Below, piece after piece: positions 45,138-55,642 of a stretch of DNA of 64,000 nt. Each line of letters opens with the position of its first letter. Position 1 is the first letter of the stretch. The DNA is from Pelagomonas calceolata (taxonomy: Eukaryota), in contig CAKKNE010000001.1 in assembly GCA_918797485.1 (NCBI GenBank), forward strand, positions 496,001-560,000. The letters are read 5' to 3'. A model generated the notes under the pieces. That model did not search any database. It was not told the origin of the DNA and worked only from the letters and a program-made list of their open reading frames with translations. Position numbers and translations under genes: made by a program.

Positions 45138-46835
45138 TTATAATTCGAACTTTCGGATCTCCGCGAGGAAGTCCTGGATCGCCTTCCTCAGGGCGTGATT
45201 CGGCATCAGGTGCGTGTGCGACAGCGGGGCTCCCGTCATGGGCGATATCTGCTTGCCCCGGTCGAGCCAGGCCTCGATTTCTCGCCGCTCGTAAGAGTGG
45301 CCGTCGGCGGCGATGACGGGATCTTCCATGGGATCCATCGTTATCGGGCACAAGTACGCGTCTGGAATTTCCAACCGCTGCTGCTTCAAAATCGCCTTCA
45401 GGCGCTCGACCTCGGCCTGGCGCGCCGTGAGCGACGTCTCTAAATCGGCAGCGCGGGCCGCGGCGTCATCGTATGTCTCCTCGTCGACGAGAATTTTTCC
45501 GGGCGGCGGCGGCGGCGCGGCGGCCTCCGGCGATTTCGATTCTTCGAACGCGAGCGGCGCGAGATCGGGCAGGTCGTTCTTCTCTTCGTCGGCCACAGCG
45601 GCGGTGGCCGCACCGCGCCGCTTCTTCTTCTTTTTCCTTTTCCTAGCCTGCTTTTTGGCTCGCGCCGCCGCCTCATCCTCTTCCTCGCGTAGAAGTGCCG
45701 CCGCCGCTCGCTCTGCCGCTTCCTCCTTCTCCCGACTGGTCGCGGCGGGCGCTGGCGCGGGACTGGCGTTCTTCTCCGGCGGCGTACCGTCGGGCGTGAC
45801 GGTTGCACTGGCGCCACCGACGGCCTGGGATTCGAGCAGCGCGACGATGGCCGAGTGGCCTTGATCTTTTGCGATGGACAGTGGCGTCGAACCGTCCTTT
45901 CTCCCCCGATCGATGTCGGCGCCTTTGTCCAGCAACAACCGCACCACGTCGACGTGGCCCTCCTGACAGGCGACGTACAGCGGCGTCGCGCCGTTCTTAT
46001 TCGCCTGATCGACCACCGCGCCTTTCTCCAGCAACAGCCGCGCCACGTCGACGTGGCCCTTCATGCAGGCGACGAACAGCGGCGTCGTACCGTCCTCGGT
46101 CGCCCGATCGACCTTCGCGCCTTTGTCCACCAAGAGCCGCACCGCGTCGACGTGGCACTTCGAGCAGGCGATGATCAGTGGCGTATCGCCTTCCTTGTCC
46201 GCCCGATCGACATCCGCGCCGTTGCCCAGTAACAGCCGCGCCGCGTCGACGTGGCCCCCCTGGCAGGCGATGAATAGCGGCGTTATGCCGTCCTCCATCG
46301 CCCGATTGACCTCCGCGCCTTTATCTAACAAGAGCCGCGCCACGGCGACGTGGCCGTTCTCGCAGGCGATAAACAGCGGTGCCGCACCGTCCTCCATCGC
46401 CCGATCGACCTCCGCACCTTTATCTAACAACAGCCGCGCCGCGTCGACGTGGTCCTCCTGACAGGCGATGAATAGCGGCGTTATGCCGTCCTCGTCCGCC
46501 CGATCGACCTCCGCGCCTTTATCTAACAAGAGCCGCGCCACGGCGACGCGGCCCATCTGGCAGGCGAAGAATAGCGGCGTCGCGCCGTCCTTCATCGCCC
46601 GATCGACCTCCGCGCCGTTGTCAAGCAACAGCTGCGCAGCATCGACGCGGCCATTGTAGCAGGCGAACATCAGCGGCGTCGCACCACTCTGATTCGCGCA
46701 ATCGACCACCGCGCCTTTGTCTAGAATTATCTGCGCCGCGTTGACGCGGCCGTTCTCGCAGGCCAAGTGCAGCAGCGTATTGCCGTCCACGTCCACCCGG
46801 TCGAGCTCCGCGCCTTCGTCGAACAACTGCCGCAT
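45138..46835 (-). CDS. Ankyrin-repeat plus U-box E3 ubiquitin ligase
   Basis: About 10 near-identical 33-aa ankyrin repeats; IPDAYLCPITMDPMEDPV..DGHSYER...SPMTG...PNHALR. Confidence 0.92.
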   Translation of the reverse strand: MRQLFDEGAELDRVDVDGNTLLHLACENGRVNAAQIILDKGAVVDCANQSGATPLMFACYNGRVDAAQLLLDNGAEVDRAMKDGATPLFFACQMGRVAVARLLLDKGAEVDRADEDGITPLFIACQEDHVDAARLLLDKGAEVDRAMEDGAAPLFIACENGHVAVARLLLDKGAEVNRAMEDGITPLFIACQGGHVDAARLLLGNGADVDRADKEGDTPLIIACSKCHVDAVRLLVDKGAKVDRATEDGTTPLFVACMKGHVDVARLLLEKGAVVDQANKNGATPLYVACQEGHVDVVRLLLDKGADIDRGRKDGSTPLSIAKDQGHSAIVALLESQAVGGASATVTPDGTPPEKNASPAPAPAATSREKEEAAERAAAALLREEEDEAAARAKKQARKRKKKKKRRGAATAAVADEEKNDLPDLAPLAFEESKSPEAAAPPPPPGKILVDEETYDDAAARAADLETSLTARQAEVERLKAILKQQRLEIPDAYLCPITMDPMEDPVIAADGHSYERREIEAWLDRGKQISPMTGAPLSHTHLMPNHALRKAIQDFLAEIRKFEL

Positions 46836-47368
46836 CGCGTCCACACGACCCTTTGCGCACGCGGCGAACAGCGCCTTCTGCGGCTGTGTCAGCGCCCGAA
46901 TCGATGGGACCGGATCTCACGCTGGGCAGCCGAATGCTCACGGCAAGGGGGTTTGAGCCCGTCACTAACCGGGGCAGCCTGGTGCCGCTTGCTGCCGCCG
47001 CCAGGGGCCCTTGGTACCTGCCGGAACACCACCAATGGGTTCCAACCCGCAGTCCCGTCGCGTTTTGGCTAGGCTTCTCGTCAAAGGCGCACAATCATGC
47101 GTGTGTTCGGGTATCACGATGCCGCCGACGCAGGCAGCACGGAGTTCTGGAAGGTCTTCAGGGGTGTCGCCCCTTAGAATTGACTCGTGAAGTGAATCGG
47201 CCGCAATCCAAAATCACAAAACGGGTTTCCCCTGGTGCCTCGTCGCGCTTTTTTGCCGCATAAATGCCCTTGGCCCAACAAGACAGGCACGAGGGACAAG
47301 CTCGAACGGCCCTCTGTCGCTGCGCTCGGTAGAAGCGCAATTGGATGCAGCACTGAGACCACACACAG

Positions 47369-48010
47369 ATGCTGCAGCGCCTCCTAATCGTCGCAGCGGT
47401 AGCACAAGCGCGCCGCGGCGGCGATTTTACGGGCGTGAACTTCGGCATCCGCGGCGCGGACTTTGTGCTGCTCGCGGCCGAGACGGGGCACCGCAAGGGC
47501 CCGCTCCAGTACGCGGCCGACGGGAGCGGCGCGATTAGGAGGGTGGACGCGGGCGCTGTTTTGTCCTGCGTCGGCCACCAGGGCGAGGCGGATGATCTCG
47601 CGGCGTTTTTGAGGGAGTCGCTGACCGCGTACCGCCTGGACGCCGGGAGAAGCTGCCCCTCGAAGGCCATCGCACACTTCCTGCGGCGCGAGATCGCCGA
47701 TCGGCGGCGCACGGACGGCAACACGCCGGAGCTGCGGGCCCTGCTCGGGACCGTGGATGATGAGGGCGCTGCTTTGACTTGGGTCGACGAATCCGGGGCG
47801 CGCGCGGACCTGCCCTACGGCGCGCACGGCGTCGGCGCGCCGCTTGTATTAGGGTTGTTGGACGAGGCGTACTCGCCGTCGCTGAACCGGGACGAGGCCG
47901 TCGATCTGGCCCGGACGTGCCTGGACGTGCTGCGGCGGCGGTACGCGCTCGCGGTGGACGCGGCGCGGATCGTTGTTTTGGACGCGACGACTTGTCGGGA
48001 GGTAACTTAG
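47369..48010 (+). CDS. Divergent 20S proteasome beta subunit (beta4/PSMB2-like) with a signal-peptide-like N-terminus
   Basis: FGIRGADFVLLAAE, AIAHFLRREIA, LPYGAHG..LVLGLLD, LRRRY. Confidence 0.8.
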   Translation: MLQRLLIVAAVAQARRGGDFTGVNFGIRGADFVLLAAETGHRKGPLQYAADGSGAIRRVDAGAVLSCVGHQGEADDLAAFLRESLTAYRLDAGRSCPSKAIAHFLRREIADRRRTDGNTPELRALLGTVDDEGAALTWVDESGARADLPYGAHGVGAPLVLGLLDEAYSPSLNRDEAVDLARTCLDVLRRRYALAVDAARIVVLDATTCREVT

Positions 48011-48083
48011 AGTATGTAGGGTGAGTACTAGCTTACCCGGGGACGTGGCAGGGGGCAAAAGGGGGAAAACTTGACGAGCGGAA

Positions 48084-48907
48084 TCACGACTGCTTCATCG
48101 AGATCTCCTTCACCATCACCTCGAGCATAGCGACGCCGATGACCTCCTCCGGCGGCGACGAGTCGCCGCGCTCGCCGCAGAATGCGTAGCCGCGGCACTT
48201 GACCGTACGAATGATCTTCTTGTCCTCGATGGCGTCGTCGGCGGCCGTGAACGTCATGCCGCGGTCGGTGCCCGCGTCGTAGGCCTTGAGGTCCATCGTG
48301 ATCGAATCCCTCCACTCGCCGGTGTTGTGGTCGCAGAGGTCGAGGGAAGCGACGCCAGAGAACCAGTCGGGCGACGGCGCGACCATAGAAATAACCGTGA
48401 GCTGGTCGTTCATGGAGTCGGCCGTGAGTTCGATCATCATTTCCGTGGGAGGGCCATCGCGCTGGAAGACGGGCCCGGCCGCGCGGGCCGAGCTCAGATA
48501 CATGTCGTTGTCGAGCTCCTCGAGCAGGGGTGCCGGATTGCCCGTCTCCGCGACTTCCTGGACTCCCGGCGTCGCGAGGCCCTTGCGGTACCAAAAGGCA
48601 TCGTAGGTCTTGTGCGTCGCGCCGACGAGCGGCGACCTGTGTGGAAATCAAATTTTACGGCGCGTTCGCTGGATCGTCGCGTCGTCCTCCACGCCCTGGT
48701 TGATTTCCACTCAGGCGGCGACCAGTGCGCGTTCTCCGGGTAGTCCACCGGGAAGTTCTCGGCCGTCCACTGGCCCGTGAACTTGACTTGATACGTAGCC
48801 GTGCCCTCGCAGCGCATCTGGAGGAGGTCACCGGGCACGCACTGGTCACCGCCGGTCTTAGCGGCGGCGGCGCGCGAGAGCATCAGGGCGATAACGAGCT
48901 TCTGCAT
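48084..48907 (-). CDS. Secreted Spondin_N domain protein; intron 48637-48722
   Basis: ATYQVKFTGQW..FPVDYP..HWSPLVGATH after splicing; SMVAPSPDWF, YDAGTD.GMTF. Confidence 0.9.
48637..48714 (+). mobile_element. Introner-type TIR element, copy 5 (antisense to host gene)
   Basis: CTGTGTGGAAATC...GATTTCCACTCAG with perfect TSD GCGGCGAC (48629-48636 and 48715-48722). Confidence 0.93.
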
Positions 48908-49238
48908 TGTGCGGTAATTTGTGCCTGCGGAACGGATCGTGAGTGCCGGTATATCGAGTCGCGCGCGCGACTCGATTGCTGTGGAGGATGAGGGCTGTCT
49001 TGTTGCAAAATGCTGCGCGACGCCTCGAATGCGTGAGCCGTCTGCTCTTCGGTGCTTCGTGTGATACGTGACGGCGGGGCGAGGACGATTCATGAATGGC
49101 GCGCCGGTCGACGCGTTTGAAAGCTGAGGGCTAAGTGCTATGTTTTGCTCTTGTCTTCCCTGGGCTCATCCTGGGCGCGCCGTCGACGCGACGTGTGCTA
49201 GACTTATTTTGTACTTACATAATCTCTTGGTGTTCACA

Positions 49239-49856
49239 TCAGGCGCGCACGTCGCGGACCATGGTCGGAGGTTCAGTGGCGAGGCAGTCGACGAGGCGGC
49301 CGCCGGGCCCGGGCGCGAGGCAGTGCACGACGGCCCCGGGCACGGCGAGGCAGGCCTGGAGCGAGGGGCACCTTCTGTCCCTCTCCTCCTCGCCGCGCTC
49401 CCGGCGGCGCTCGAGGCACCGCGTGATCAGTAAAGACGCGACGCCCAGCGACGGCTCGGGCGCCTGCGGCGTCGTGTTTGTCCGTTCTTGGAGGACCCGG
49501 CCCAATTCTCTCTTCAGCTCCTCGACCTCGCGCCGCAGCCGCGCGGCCTCGTCCGGGAAGGCCGGCGCCGCGGCCACGGGCTGCGCCGCCACGAGCGACT
49601 CGAGCACCGACCGCTGGACGCGCGGGTCCCGGGCGAGCGCCGCGCCGCGGTTGATCACAGCGTCGGCCTCGACATTCTCTCTCTCCTCACCCTCCATGCT
49701 GTCGGGCAGGCCGATCTCCTGCTTGAGCTCGCTCGTCGCGGTCGCGATCTCGGCGTCGTCAACGAGGGCGTCGGTCTGGTCGATGAGGGTCCAGCCGCCG
49801 GCGGTCGGTGGGGCGGCGTCTCCCGTACTGGGCCGGCGCATGTAGATGGCGGACAT
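49239..49856 (-). CDS. Hypothetical protein with a short coiled coil
   Basis: 205-aa ATG ORF with host-like codon bias. Confidence 0.55.
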   Translation of the reverse strand: MSAIYMRRPSTGDAAPPTAGGWTLIDQTDALVDDAEIATATSELKQEIGLPDSMEGEERENVEADAVINRGAALARDPRVQRSVLESLVAAQPVAAAPAFPDEAARLRREVEELKRELGRVLQERTNTTPQAPEPSLGVASLLITRCLERRRERGEEERDRRCPSLQACLAVPGAVVHCLAPGPGGRLVDCLATEPPTMVRDVRA

Positions 49857-50407
49857 TGTAGGTGTGCCGGGTCGACTCGGGTCGCCGGAACGCGCTGGTC
49901 ACCAAAAGAGAGGGTGTGAGGTGACGACGCGGCGGCGGCGCGGCGGTGGCGTCGCGGCGGCGGCGCCTAAGTTAAACTAACTAAGGGCCCCTCGCGCTCC
50001 GAGGTCGTTCTCACAGCTGCTTCTTTTGGCCACCTAGGTCTGCGCACACAGGGCCGATTTAAATACGGAGTTCACAGAGCGAAAGCTGAAGTCCCAGAGC
50101 TACTCCACAGCCCTTCTTGTCACTTCTAGCCCTTCACGTGAGCCGCTGTGGACAGCGCACCTTCAGGAGAGCTACTCAAGATGGCCGCGCTACGCGCGCA
50201 CATCGCCGAACCCACCCACCCCTCCCGAAGCCGTCGCGAGCGAGCCTTGAGGCGTCGCGTCGACGGGCCTTGTTGTGTTGTTCGGCGCCGGGGCGCGGAC
50301 GCAGCGCGTCCGCCGCGCCGCGAGAGAGAGAGAAAACTACGCCGCGCCGCGAGAAGAGAGAGAGAAAACTAAGAAAATTAATTGGGCGGCCCATCATCAG
50401 CAGCGCC

Positions 50408-50876
50408 TCACGTCGTCAGGCAGATGACGACCATCAACGCCGCCGACGCGACGTAGTTCAGCGCCTTGTGGCCCGCGGTGAAGGCCTCCGGCGGCGAGCT
50501 GAAGGGCGGGAAGATCGTCGTGATCAGGCCCTTGGGCAAAATCCAAAAAACGGGGACGCTCGGGTCCGCGAGGTGCGCCTCGGACATCTGGACTTGCGCG
50601 ACGGCGGCCTCGTCCTCGGGCTGGTGGTTCAGGCGCGGCGTCGGCAGGAGCGCCTCGACCATCGAGGGCGGGAAGAAGTAGAAGATGGGCGCCTGCGTCG
50701 ATGGCGTGATGCGGGGAGAGCGCGCCGCGGCGGCAGCGCGTGGGGATGGCGCGTCGCTCTGATGGCGTGATGTGGGGGACGCTGTACTATACGTTCGGGT
50801 CCCGCACCATGGTCTCGTCCTCGTCCTCCTCCGCGGCGCCGCGGCCGAACCAGGCCTTGAGGCCTTTCAGGGACAT
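50408..50876 (-). CDS. Hypothetical small protein; intron 50693-50792; 3' end uncertain
   Basis: ATG at 50876 (MSLKGLKAWFG...DPN); a GT-AG intron joins in frame to APIFYFFPPS and ORF 50408-50662. Confidence 0.55.
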
Positions 50877-51173
50877 TTTTAGTTCCCTCCGGTGCTGCAA
50901 GCTGGGAGACGCCTTCCTGCGGCGCTGGAGAAGCTGCCAACGGTGTTAAACGACAATTCTATCGGCTGCGTGCGCGCTCCCAAGCCAAAAACCTACCTCG
51001 GCGCTCTTGGAGGCTAGTATGTCAATCGACTCTAGGTCTGTGCTCGGGCTGAACCACGCCGTTCTCTGACGTACAAATAGCAAAAAGACTCTTAGCACAC
51101 CTCCCAAGATCACTCTGGGACGCTGTTGCTGCCGCGCGCCGAAGCAACTGCTCGAAACGCCCAATAATTGGCC

Positions 51174-52631
51174 ATGCTCTCCGCACTGCATTGTGCTCTC
51201 ACGGCCGTCCTGCTGGCCACGACGAATACGGGTCTCGCGGCCGCCGCGCGGGTCGCCGCGCGCGACACGCCGGCCTACGAAAAGGACGAGGTCAAGGCAC
51301 TCCCCGGCTGGGACCACGCGCTGCCGTCGCGCCACTTCTCGGGCTACCTACAAGCGTCGCCTACGAAGCGCCTGCACTACTACCTCGTCCAAAGTGAAGG
51401 TGACTGGAATAAGGACCCGGTGGTATTATGGTTCAACGGCGGTCCGGGTTGCTCAAGCCTGGACGGCTTCCTCTACGAGCACGGTCCGTTCCGCGTGCAG
51501 TACGACGGCAAGGAAGCCTCGCTCGCCCGCTTCGACTATGCCTGGTCCAAGCTCGCGACGATGGTCTACATAGAAGCGCCGTGCGGCGTCGGATTCTCCT
51601 ATTCTACCGCAAAAAACACGAAGCGCGATTACAACGCTACTGATGATACGGCAGCATTGGATAATCTCGCGGCGGTCGAATCGCTCTTCGACAAGTTCCC
51701 GAAGCTTAGAAGCAGAGATTTGTACATCACTGGCGAGAGCTACGCTGGCATCTACGTCCCGACGCTCGCCGAGGCGATTGTGGCCAAGGGAGCCGCCTAC
51801 ACGGGCGCGAAACTAAAAGGCATCGCCGTGGGCAACGGCTGCTCGGGCTCCGAGATCGGCATCTGCGCCTTTGGGAGAAGCACGCAGGGCTCCTTCTACA
51901 CCACCAAATTCCTGCTGTCGAGCGGCTTCGCTCCGGAGACCCTGAAGGACGACCTGCGCGCGGCCTGCGCGGCGGACTTTTCTACGTGGGCCCAAGGTGG
52001 CCCCGTCTCGGACGGCTGCTCATCAAAAGTCGACGAGCTCGGGGCGTTGACGAAGGACCTCGATACGTATTGTGTGTACTGCGACTGCCCGGAAAAACCG
52101 AATCCCATCGACGACGACGACTACGCGACGCGCGGCCAGATGCAGCTCGCGACGCCCACCATCGGCACGACGGCCTGCGTCAACACCTACGAGGCCTCAG
52201 CTTACCTGAATCGAGCTGACGTGCGGAAGGCGTTGCACGTCGAGGCCGCAGGCGTGAAGAACTGGATGGTCTGCGGTAGCGCCGAGGGCTGGCAGTACAC
52301 GTCCACGCGCCCGAATTTGCCAAGAGACACGTACCCGAAGCTCAAACATTTAGATGTCCTGATCTACAACGGCGACTGGGACGCGTGCGTGCCGTACACG
52401 GACAACGAGGCGTGGACGCTATCGATGGGATACCCTATCACGAAGCCGTGGCACCCCTGGGAATATAAAGACGGGCCGTACCAGCAAATTGGCGGCTACG
52501 CGATAGAGTTTGACGTGCCGGGGCGCTTCGTGTTCACGACCGTCCGCGGCGGCCGCCACGAGGTGCCGGAGACGGCGCCGGACCGCGCCTTCGAGATGCT
52601 CAAGCGCTTCCTGAACGGGGAGAAGTTCTAG
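51174..52631 (+). CDS. Serine carboxypeptidase (peptidase S10)
   Basis: WFNGGPGCSS, GESYAG, GIAVGNG, YNGDWDAC, GGRHEVP; signal peptide. Confidence 0.95.
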   Translation: MLSALHCALTAVLLATTNTGLAAAARVAARDTPAYEKDEVKALPGWDHALPSRHFSGYLQASPTKRLHYYLVQSEGDWNKDPVVLWFNGGPGCSSLDGFLYEHGPFRVQYDGKEASLARFDYAWSKLATMVYIEAPCGVGFSYSTAKNTKRDYNATDDTAALDNLAAVESLFDKFPKLRSRDLYITGESYAGIYVPTLAEAIVAKGAAYTGAKLKGIAVGNGCSGSEIGICAFGRSTQGSFYTTKFLLSSGFAPETLKDDLRAACAADFSTWAQGGPVSDGCSSKVDELGALTKDLDTYCVYCDCPEKPNPIDDDDYATRGQMQLATPTIGTTACVNTYEASAYLNRADVRKALHVEAAGVKNWMVCGSAEGWQYTSTRPNLPRDTYPKLKHLDVLIYNGDWDACVPYTDNEAWTLSMGYPITKPWHPWEYKDGPYQQIGGYAIEFDVPGRFVFTTVRGGRHEVPETAPDRAFEMLKRFLNGEKF

Positions 52632-52685
52632 CCGTCCTGTGATAAGTGATGTATATACTAGTACGTTAGTCTGGGGGAGGGGTCT

Positions 52686-53107
52686 CTACTTCTTCGCCTC
52701 GGCGACGGCCCTGGCGCGGATGGCGCGGTTCTTCTCGTCGACGCTCATCGGCTTGACGGCCACCGCCGGCGCCATCGGCGCTCCCGGCCCGGCTCCACCA
52801 ATGAGCACGGAATTGGAGGGCGTTTTCATCACGCGCGACTCGCGGCGGTCGCTGTCCTCGCTGTGGATCATCGACTCCGTTCTCGTTTTCGAGAGGCGCT
52901 TCTGGAAGGCCTCTTCCGCCTGCTCCTCGTGCCACGCGAAGTAGAAGCTTGCGGCCATGGCAGCCAAAGTTACGATGGCGGCACAGGCCACGGCCAGGAA
53001 CGTACCGAAGGGCAGCCGCTGCCCCGTCGCGTAGTGCGTCTTGCTGTAGTCCACATCTTTGCGGACGCGACACCTGTGTGGAAATCAAACGGTGAGTTAG
53101 GTTACAT
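52686..53107 (-). CDS. Small single-pass membrane protein; putative 32-nt intron 53074-53105 within the start codon
   Basis: ORF 52686-53054 has a TM helix and no ATG before it; AT|GTAAC...CACAG|G reconstitutes an in-frame ATG. Confidence 0.5.
53074..53105 (-). mobile_element. Truncated introner-type element, copy 6 (3' end only)
   Basis: Minus strand CCTAACTCACCGTTTGATTTCCACACAG matches the family right end; no left TIR seen. Confidence 0.65.
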
Positions 53108-53382
53108 GGGCCGAGTTTTCTAAGCCAAGTTTCGAGCTCTATCGGGCGTTGCGCGAGAGCGGCGCGGCCAAGGCTTCAGTCGTTACGTCCTGACGCGCGT
53201 CTGAGCGCGGCGAGGTCGCGAGTCTCGCGATCGCGGCTGCCAAAAGCACTGGCCAAGCAACTCTGGGCTAAATGATGTAGACACACTAGCACTCTTCTTG
53301 CGGTCTCTACCGGGTCGAGGATACGGGTCGAGGAAGGAACGAACCAAGAGAAAATGCAACAAAAACAATTACCACTCACAAA

Positions 53383-55206
53383 TCAAGAAGACCCCACCAC
53401 AGGCAGCCTCTCGAACGCGGCCGCAGCGGTCGCCGCCGCGACGCGCCGCCCGCTGTTAAACGCCGCTGCCGCCGCGCGCCGCACCCGCTCCACCACCACA
53501 CCAAACCCGAGCAGCCCCAGGACCCACCGGAGATCGCTCAGGTAGGCGCGCACCGCGGCGACGGGCCAATAGAACAAGCATTTCAATAACGGCGGCCCGA
53601 CGAACGGCGAAGATATAAACAGAGCGAGCGCGTAGCCCGGCCGTTTCTTCACCACGGGCGGCGCCGCGTCCCACCGCCTGAGGAAACGGCAGGCGCGCTT
53701 CCAGCGCGGTTTTATGAACTCCCGCATATTTTCGTAGATGTAGCGCACGATACCCGCAAAAGCCGAGAACCAGCGCTCGGACACTATTATCATTTCGTCG
53801 CAACACTGGTACAGCTGCGCGCCCAGAGGCGCAAACGTCGAAGACACGTCGTTCAGCGAGAAGTTGTACTTTTGTTTGAGCGTATCATTGAACTGGATCG
53901 TAGCGTTCAGCACTCGTATTTCAATACTCCGCCCCAACTCGCCGCGCCTCATCCACAGCAACGTAGATTTGAGGAGGGTATACCTCCGATACACCTTGAT
54001 GGGGATGAAGCGCGGTGAGTTCGTCCACAGGTCTTTGCACCACTGCTCCCAGCCGCGCCGCTTGAAATCGTATCGAGCATGTTGTACAAGGACATGACCA
54101 ACAGCCGTCCAGTTTAGTGAACGCTCAAAGGTGACGGCGGGGTTCCGGTCGATGTGCGTCTTCATGGACGTTTGCTTTTCCTTTTGTCTGCGCTCCGCTT
54201 CAGGTGTGAAAGTCTTGAGCGTGTTGTTGTAGGCCGTTTCCAGGCCCTTCTTCTTCGTTGCTAGAGTTTGAATTTCAGTCTCGTTCAGCAGCTCGAGATC
54301 TTCGGCAATAGCCGCGTGTAGAGCTGCTGTTTTGGCTCGTCTTACGATCGACTTCGTCAGACCCTCATCATCGTCCTCTTCTTCCTCCGCAAACCCTAAC
54401 GCTTTAGCTAAACCAGCAACGTCGTCCTCGACCGCAGCAAGGCGCTTGAGCGTCGCCGATAAGGCCGCCCGTTCCACCTCGAACTGCGCCTCGAGCCTCT
54501 GTCGTTCGACGGCCTGCTGGGCCACTTCCGCATTCGCCCAGCCCAATTGCTTGTGCATCTCTTCCACAGCTTTATGCAACCTTTTATTAGCGTGGACCTT
54601 CTCGGCTATGGTCGCGTTCGACGCGTTGCGACACTCGTACCGCGAGAAGTTGAAGGTCCAGGGCCGATCGGCTTCCAATCGCTTGATGACCTCGCCGTGC
54701 TCGACGTTCCACCTCCGTAGGTATTCTTCGGTCAAAGTTACCGTGAAGTCCGCGAGGATGTGCCTCGTTATCGTTATTACCAGTAAAACAAAGGGCAGCC
54801 AGTAGCGTCGCGCGACATACGTCCGTCTCTGTCTTACGACGCGTGGTGTCGGAGGCCTGTACCTTCTCACCATGACCCAGAGGAGTAGAAGGACCACAAA
54901 AATACGTGTATACAGCCGCCACCGCGCGTTCAGTAATGCTGGAAATATTTTCTCGGCTTGAAGTTGGAAGTCGCTCTTCGTGATGTTCTCCTCCTTTTTA
55001 CCGATGTCATTGATGGAGAAGCTCCGCTTCGGCTTTTTGGGCGCGGCCGCGGTCGCGTTCGCGTCGGCCGCCGCCCCTTCCGCCTGGGCGTCATAGGTCC
55101 GCGAGTACGTGCCGTCCTCGTTCTTCTTCAAGCCCGGGCCGGGCTCGAAGGTTACGTCCGTGGCCGCGGTGAGGGCTGCCCAGCAGCATAGTAGAGTGCG
55201 GCGCAT
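53383..55206 (-). CDS. Hypothetical membrane protein with coiled coil
   Basis: 607-aa ATG ORF with signal peptide and several TM segments. Confidence 0.65.
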   Translation of the reverse strand: MRRTLLCCWAALTAATDVTFEPGPGLKKNEDGTYSRTYDAQAEGAAADANATAAAPKKPKRSFSINDIGKKEENITKSDFQLQAEKIFPALLNARWRLYTRIFVVLLLLWVMVRRYRPPTPRVVRQRRTYVARRYWLPFVLLVITITRHILADFTVTLTEEYLRRWNVEHGEVIKRLEADRPWTFNFSRYECRNASNATIAEKVHANKRLHKAVEEMHKQLGWANAEVAQQAVERQRLEAQFEVERAALSATLKRLAAVEDDVAGLAKALGFAEEEEDDDEGLTKSIVRRAKTAALHAAIAEDLELLNETEIQTLATKKKGLETAYNNTLKTFTPEAERRQKEKQTSMKTHIDRNPAVTFERSLNWTAVGHVLVQHARYDFKRRGWEQWCKDLWTNSPRFIPIKVYRRYTLLKSTLLWMRRGELGRSIEIRVLNATIQFNDTLKQKYNFSLNDVSSTFAPLGAQLYQCCDEMIIVSERWFSAFAGIVRYIYENMREFIKPRWKRACRFLRRWDAAPPVVKKRPGYALALFISSPFVGPPLLKCLFYWPVAAVRAYLSDLRWVLGLLGFGVVVERVRRAAAAAFNSGRRVAAATAAAAFERLPVVGSS

Positions 55207-55642
55207 GGCGCCCGCCGGGGCAGCCGCCGGTCGACCGGGGCTGCGGCGGGCGATGATAGTGATGCTCGCTGCGCCCTTTGACGCGTCGATGGCGTGCGGC
55301 TGGGGCGCTTGTCGATCGAGCTCGAAGGATTAACTAGCGGACTGTAAGACACTCTAGCGAGCGTCAAGCCCAGCTTTTTTTGGCTCGCGTGGAGGTGTGT
55401 GAGGGACCTCAGCGAGCAAGCCGGACTCGTTTTGGCATCTCAGCTTCACGGCTGAACAGTCGCCAAACTCGCTTGCGCTCGCGAGACAGCTTTGCATCAC
55501 TGCTTTGACCAGGGCAAAGGACAAGCTGTACTCCACGAGCGTTTGCGAAGAAAGCGTCAAAAACACACGTCACATATTGTATCACTGCCGCGGCGACCGC
55601 GGCGAGCGATTTTGCTCTACGCGACGACACACGAGCAGAAGC

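Noticed and set aside
50311..50371. Short direct repeats, also at 23330-23407, 42661-42696 and 53311-53334
   Set aside because: Only two or three copies each, consistent with local slippage; no element structure
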